The notes beneath the pieces are model-generated. The model searched no databases. It was given only the letters and a program-made list of their open reading frames with translations, and was not told the origin of the DNA. The position numbers and the translations under genes were made by a program. Below, in pieces: positions 59,748-64,000 of a stretch of 64,000 nt of DNA. Origin of the DNA: Gammaproteobacteria bacterium (GTDB lineage: Bacteria > Pseudomonadota > Gammaproteobacteria > Burkholderiales > JAHFRG01); assembly GCA_041495205.1 (NCBI GenBank), contig JBGQCF010000002.1:86745-150744 (forward strand), given 5' to 3'. Numbering within the stretch: the first letter of the stretch is position 1; every line of letters begins with the position of its first letter.

Positions 59748-60785
59748 ATGACACCCGTTGAAAAAACCTCGAGACGTACCCGGCCCGCGCCTTCCGCTCC
59801 TTTGAGCGTCGCCTATGTGCCGCAGGCCACGTTGTCGGATTACCTGGGCGCGTGCGGTCACCCTCTGGGCGTCATTGCTTTCGGCAACGCAGACGTGGAC
59901 ACCGACTGTGCCTGTCCACGGATATCGCTTAACCTGCCGGTGCTGGGTGAGGCATACTGGGCGGAAGTATGGACCAGCCCCACGCCGGTTCGTACCGGCA
60001 GGGAGCAAGGCATCCGCTACGCAGCCAACGACAAAGTATTGTTTGGCGCGATCGAAATCGCGGAATCGGATCAGATCTGGCTCGATCGTGACACCTACCG
60101 CGCGGTGTGCCGCATGCTGAGCTTCATCAAAAACCAGGGCTACCCCCACCTGCTCCGAATCTGGAATTACCTGCCCGACATCAACGCGCGCGACAACGAA
60201 ATCGAGCGTTATCATCTTTTCTGCCTCGGACGCCATCAGGCTTTTTTCGAGCACGGTTGTGCCGCGTCGCACGATTTTCCAGCTGCGAGCGCGCTCGGCA
60301 GCGCGGGCGGTAGTCTGTGGATTTATTTTCTCGCTTCCAGGGAGTCCGCAGTTCAACAGGAGAACCCGCGGCAGGTGAGCGCCTACCATTACCCGCGGCA
60401 ACACGGCCCGCGCAGCCCTTCCTTCGCGCGCGCGACGCTCGCGCGCTGGGAGTCCGAAATCCATCTTTACATTTCCGGCACCGCGAGCATCGTCGGCCAT
60501 CTCTCGCTGCACGCGGGCGACGTGCGAGAGCAACTGGGCGAGACGCTCGCCAACATCCGCGCGCTGATAGCTCATACCGCGCGCGAGGAAAACGTCGCGC
60601 TAGCCGACACCCACCTCGCGCTGCTCAAGGTTTACGCGCGGCGGAGCAAGGATTTCGAGACTGTGCGGGAAATGGTGGAAGAGTCTGTCGCGCGCGACGT
60701 GCCCGTGCTTTATTTGCAGGCGGATATCTGTCGCCGCGAGTTGTTGCTGGAAATCGAAGGGGTGTGCATCGCTCCCGCTGCTTGA
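59748..60785 (+). CDS. Chorismatase, XanB2/FkbO-Hyg5 family
   Basis: RIWNY, ERY..F..GR, ENPRQVSAY.YP...GPRSPSFARA, ISGTASIVGH, ADICR.ELL.EIE. Confidence 0.9.
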   Translation: MTPVEKTSRRTRPAPSAPLSVAYVPQATLSDYLGACGHPLGVIAFGNADVDTDCACPRISLNLPVLGEAYWAEVWTSPTPVRTGREQGIRYAANDKVLFGAIEIAESDQIWLDRDTYRAVCRMLSFIKNQGYPHLLRIWNYLPDINARDNEIERYHLFCLGRHQAFFEHGCAASHDFPAASALGSAGGSLWIYFLASRESAVQQENPRQVSAYHYPRQHGPRSPSFARATLARWESEIHLYISGTASIVGHLSLHAGDVREQLGETLANIRALIAHTAREENVALADTHLALLKVYARRSKDFETVREMVEESVARDVPVLYLQADICRRELLLEIEGVCIAPAA

Positions 60786-60975
60786 CTCGGCGAGGAGCGC
60801 GCTCATGGGCTGCAATGCACCACAGATTTATCTCTTCTCGCAGTGTTTGCCCGTTTCTTTTAACAATCCCAATTGAACTGCGCTTTGATTTTGCTGTAGC
60901 ATGACACCATGTGTTACAAATCGCCGTATTTAAAAGTGGTTTTTAGGTCGTCTAATTCTTGTTAGACCACCGAGT

Positions 60976-61180
60976 ATGGCGTTCTTCGAGTACACGTCGC
61001 CCCGTCAGCTCTGGGAAAAAGCGGCTCGTGAGTTGGTCGAGCTCAATCGCGAACTGAATGCCGATACCGTTTTCAATTTTTTCTCACGGCGCGCCACATC
61101 CGCGATTACGTTGAGAAAACGAATTCGGTGCCAAAACACGAGCTTGACACATTCATGTCCGACCAGGACCTCAAAGACTA
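60976..61180 (+). pseudogene. Frameshifted, truncated hypothetical gene
   Basis: MAFFEY...VFNFF continues as LTARHIRDYV... in another frame across a T run, then stops early. Confidence 0.4.
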
Positions 61181-61257
61181 AGGCGTATCCTGATTAAACC
61201 GTCCGTACAACCAGGGACAGCTCAGTCTGACTCTAATACTCATTCACCCCCCTCTGG

Positions 61258-62310
61258 CTACTTGTAGGCAACGCCAGCGCTTGCCGGGCCTGTGAGCGGG
61301 ATGACCTCGGTTTTACGGAAGCCAACGCTGTGGCACCACCCGAAGAAATCGGCGGCGGTGAAGTCGAAAGCGTCCCCGAACTCAATCAGCATGTTGAGTG
61401 ACATCATGAGCCCGAATGCATTCTCGCGCCTCGCGTCGTCGATGAGGTTTTCTATCACGACGAAAGCCCCTCCCGGCGGCAAGGCATCGTAGACGGCCCG
61501 GATGAGCTGCATTTTCTTTTCCAGGTTCCAGTCGTGCAGTATCATTCCCATCGTAATCACATCAGCCTGAGGCAGCGGTTCCGCAAAGATGTCTACGGAC
61601 TTCGCCGAGACTCGATCCGACAACCACGCTTCGGCAATCTTGCGCTCTGCGATGGGCGTAACCGCCGGAAGATCCACTGTCGTGCAGCGAAGATGAGGGT
61701 GTTGCTTCGCTACGATCATTGATAGCTGGCCCGTGGCTCCGCCAACATCGCAAAGCGTGTGATAGCGGGAGAAATCGAATTTCTGCGCAAAAGCATGAAA
61801 GTTGTCGGCGGAAATGCCGCTCATCGCGTTCATGAAATGCTCAAGCCGCTTGGGATCGCTGTAAAGCTCTTTGAACATGGGCTCTCCGGTGTGTTTGATT
61901 TCATTCTGGGGCTTGCCTGTCCTGAGACCTTCCGTGAGGTCGCCCCAAAACCGGTAAAGGCGGGCGTTGGCCATATCAAGAAAGCCACCCATGTACTCAG
62001 GGCTGTTGCGGTCGAGGAATAGCCGCGTCTCCTCTGTATTACGATACAGCGCTTGCGGACCGTCGCCCTCGCGGTCCAGAAAACGGAGCGCAACCAATGC
62101 GTCTAAAAAATCGGGAACTGCCCTGCGGTGCAGACCAAGAGCATCCCGCAGCTCGCTGGCGTTCATAGACTTCGAGTCCAGTTTGGTAAAGAGTCCAAGC
62201 TCCACTGCCGACAGCAGCGTCTTGGCCGGCCAGAAACCCATGCCAACGTCCATGATGCGGGCCGAAGACAGCGTTTTCTTCGCGGATTTCATGTGCAGAG
62301 TTCCTTTCAT
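61258..62310 (-). CDS. SAM-dependent O-methyltransferase with dimerisation domain
   Basis: AVELGLF, DVGGATG, DLP, ILHDW, PGG. Confidence 0.9.
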   Translation of the reverse strand: MKGTLHMKSAKKTLSSARIMDVGMGFWPAKTLLSAVELGLFTKLDSKSMNASELRDALGLHRRAVPDFLDALVALRFLDREGDGPQALYRNTEETRLFLDRNSPEYMGGFLDMANARLYRFWGDLTEGLRTGKPQNEIKHTGEPMFKELYSDPKRLEHFMNAMSGISADNFHAFAQKFDFSRYHTLCDVGGATGQLSMIVAKQHPHLRCTTVDLPAVTPIAERKIAEAWLSDRVSAKSVDIFAEPLPQADVITMGMILHDWNLEKKMQLIRAVYDALPPGGAFVVIENLIDDARRENAFGLMMSLNMLIEFGDAFDFTAADFFGWCHSVGFRKTEVIPLTGPASAGVAYK

Positions 62311-62349
62311 TGGCGGTGCTTCAACAGGTGGGACGCGACGCGGCAGCCG

Positions 62350-63108
62350 TCAGTCCTTGCACTCCGCTCGTGCGATTTCTTTCTCCGATGCACATCTAAG
62401 CTTCTTCGCCGCACGCAGCTCGCTCCGGTGGCTGCGGCGGTCTTCGAGCGCAAAGCGCTTTTTCTTCGAAGCGGAGCCGAAGATTTGGGTCCACTTGTCG
62501 TTCTTGAAGATGATCTGGTAGCCGCCGGAAAGAATCTGGAACGGTTTCTTGACCTTCTTGAGACGATCGAACTGCACGGAACCCGGCTTGTGGAACGCTT
62601 CGAAATAGGCGGGGTATACAAAGTCGCTCATCGGAATGCCGTTGACCGGGAAGCTGAGCGCCTCGACCGGATCCGCGCTCTCATACGCGTAAATGATCTT
62701 CGGATCAGGGCCCGTGCTCATCAGGTTGATGGCCGGGTCCACCAGCATCTCCACCAGCTCGTGAGATGCCGACACGCTCACCAGATCGTTATTCTCGAGA
62801 GTTGTCTTGACGAAGACCTTGGACTGGGGCAGCCCATCAGGCGTGAGATCATGATAGGCGAGGGCGCCCGGCTGATCGGCGTCGTCAAGGAAGACCATCG
62901 CCCAGGCGTCTTTCACGAACCCTTTGGACTTGACCAGCTTCGCGGGCGTGCCCCACACCGGCGCCACGTGCTTATCCACGAACACCTGCATGGCTGCGAT
63001 CAGGGCGTCGAAGTTGACGCCGAGGGGAATCGTCGCCTTGTTGAAGCACGCGATTTTGGGAACCCCTCCCTGGTTGAACGCGCCAAATGTCGGTCGCGTG
63101 GTCTTCAT
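62350..63108 (-). CDS. Hypothetical protein with zincin-like HExxE motif
   Basis: AAGGAGG RBS; ALAYH, SHELVEMLVDP, E.ADPVE, SDFVYPAYF. Confidence 0.7.
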   Translation of the reverse strand: MKTTRPTFGAFNQGGVPKIACFNKATIPLGVNFDALIAAMQVFVDKHVAPVWGTPAKLVKSKGFVKDAWAMVFLDDADQPGALAYHDLTPDGLPQSKVFVKTTLENNDLVSVSASHELVEMLVDPAINLMSTGPDPKIIYAYESADPVEALSFPVNGIPMSDFVYPAYFEAFHKPGSVQFDRLKKVKKPFQILSGGYQIIFKNDKWTQIFGSASKKKRFALEDRRSHRSELRAAKKLRCASEKEIARAECKD

Positions 63109-63215
63109 GTGTCCTCCTTCGTACAGGCAAGCGAACTGACGAGCATGGTCTAACTATACGAATTAACCGGACTGCGCCGAAAACACAGGTCCCGTCTGAA
63201 TGACAGGTGAGGCTA

Positions 63216-63464
63216 CTAGAGGCGCTTAATCAAACGCACGGTGAGGATAAGGAGGATCGCCCCAATGGTCGCAACGATGCTGCTTCCGATCGGGCCGCCG
63301 CCAGCCGACGCACCCAGCGAACGAAACAGAATGCCTCCAACCAGCGCGCCGAGCACGCCAACCACAATGTCCCCAATGGCACCAAAACCCCGGCCTTTGA
63401 CCAGCAGCCCCGCCAACCATCCTGCCACCAAACCAATCAAGATGAACCAGACGAATTCCATCAT
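63216..63464 (-). CDS. GlsB/YeaQ/YmgE family membrane protein
   Basis: IGLVAGWLA...G.G..GDIVVG..GA..GG. Confidence 0.9.
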   Translation of the reverse strand: MMEFVWFILIGLVAGWLAGLLVKGRGFGAIGDIVVGVLGALVGGILFRSLGASAGGGPIGSSIVATIGAILLILTVRLIKRL

Positions 63465-63575
63465 GCTTTCCTTAACGGCCAGGTTAAAACAATCCCTCTC
63501 TGGCGCCTAATACTCTATCGTAAGGCGCAAACTCAGCAGCGGCCGCCCAATGAAGCGATGGGTTAGGCATGGGTT

Positions 63576-64000
63576 TTATGACAGCAGAGAACTCACCTTG
63601 TACACGGCGTCTTGCTCGCGCGCGTGCTCAGTCACTCTCAGGCCGAATTCCTGTCCCGCTCTGACTTCAAACACGGGTTGGTGCTCGATTTGCATGGACT
63701 CGACCCGCTGGCGGAAGTCGCTGGTGTGGCCGATGACATGAATGGTGTCGCCGACGCGCAGGCTGCCCGATTCCATCTGCACCACCGCGACGGAAAGATG
63801 GCTGTAGTAGTGGGTCACGGTCCCCACACGCGCCTCGCCTGCCAAGGGGGCAGGCGCCTTTGCGGGGACGGCCGCTCCGGCTGTCCGCGGGGGCGTGCGT
63901 ACTGGCCGCGCCATTGGGACCCGCCGGGCCGCCGGCTTCTTCTTTGGCGCTACGCGCCGCACCGCCGGCTTTTTGCGTGCGGCTTTTTTCCTGACCGGTG
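63576..64000 (-). CDS. Stand-alone EF-Tu domain-II-like protein with Lys/Arg/Ala/Pro-rich N-terminus (5' end outside window)
   Basis: VGTVTHYY, LRVGDTIH, VESMQIEH, AGQEFG; frame open to the right edge. Confidence 0.75.
   Translation of the reverse strand, partial: PVRKKAARKKPAVRRVAPKKKPAARRVPMARPVRTPPRTAGAAVPAKAPAPLAGEARVGTVTHYYSHLSVAVVQMESGSLRVGDTIHVIGHTSDFRQRVESMQIEHQPVFEVRAGQEFGLRVTEHAREQDAVYKVSSLLS

Noticed and set aside
1-64000. CRISPR array, tRNA, rRNA, integrase or transposase
   Set aside because: No regularly spaced repeat-spacer array, cloverleaf or recognisable catalytic motif found by eye

Overview
GC-rich bacterial window, most likely betaproteobacterial (inferred from gene content and repeat types). 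From left to right it holds five modules. (1) A candidate extracellular electron-uptake/Fe(II)-oxidation operon: a Cyc2-like porin running off the left edge, a tandem-fused tetraheme Cyc1/c4 cytochrome and a HiPIP. (2) A mosaic low-oxygen/copper island: beta-CASP nuclease, second FtsH, archaeal-type SAM synthetase, CopI-like cupredoxin, YHS-CopA, divergent hemN with twin perfect FNR boxes, mgtA, LpxQ-like and PAP2 genes, plus several gene stubs. (3) A sugar ABC transporter with a frameshifted binding protein, followed by mltB. (4) A PQQ region: pqqABCDE, a second pqqA, ABC exporter, TonB, SoxH-like hydrolase, Pip, two two-component systems, porin and YVTN propeller. It contains two unannotated regulatory elements: a shared 17-bp operator upstream of both pqqA copies and a sigma54-driven ~85-nt sRNA. 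(5) A xanthomonadin-type aryl polyene cluster with halogenase and chorismatase but no intact fabG. No rRNA, tRNA, CRISPR array or transposase was seen. All calls are from motif recognition, without database searches.
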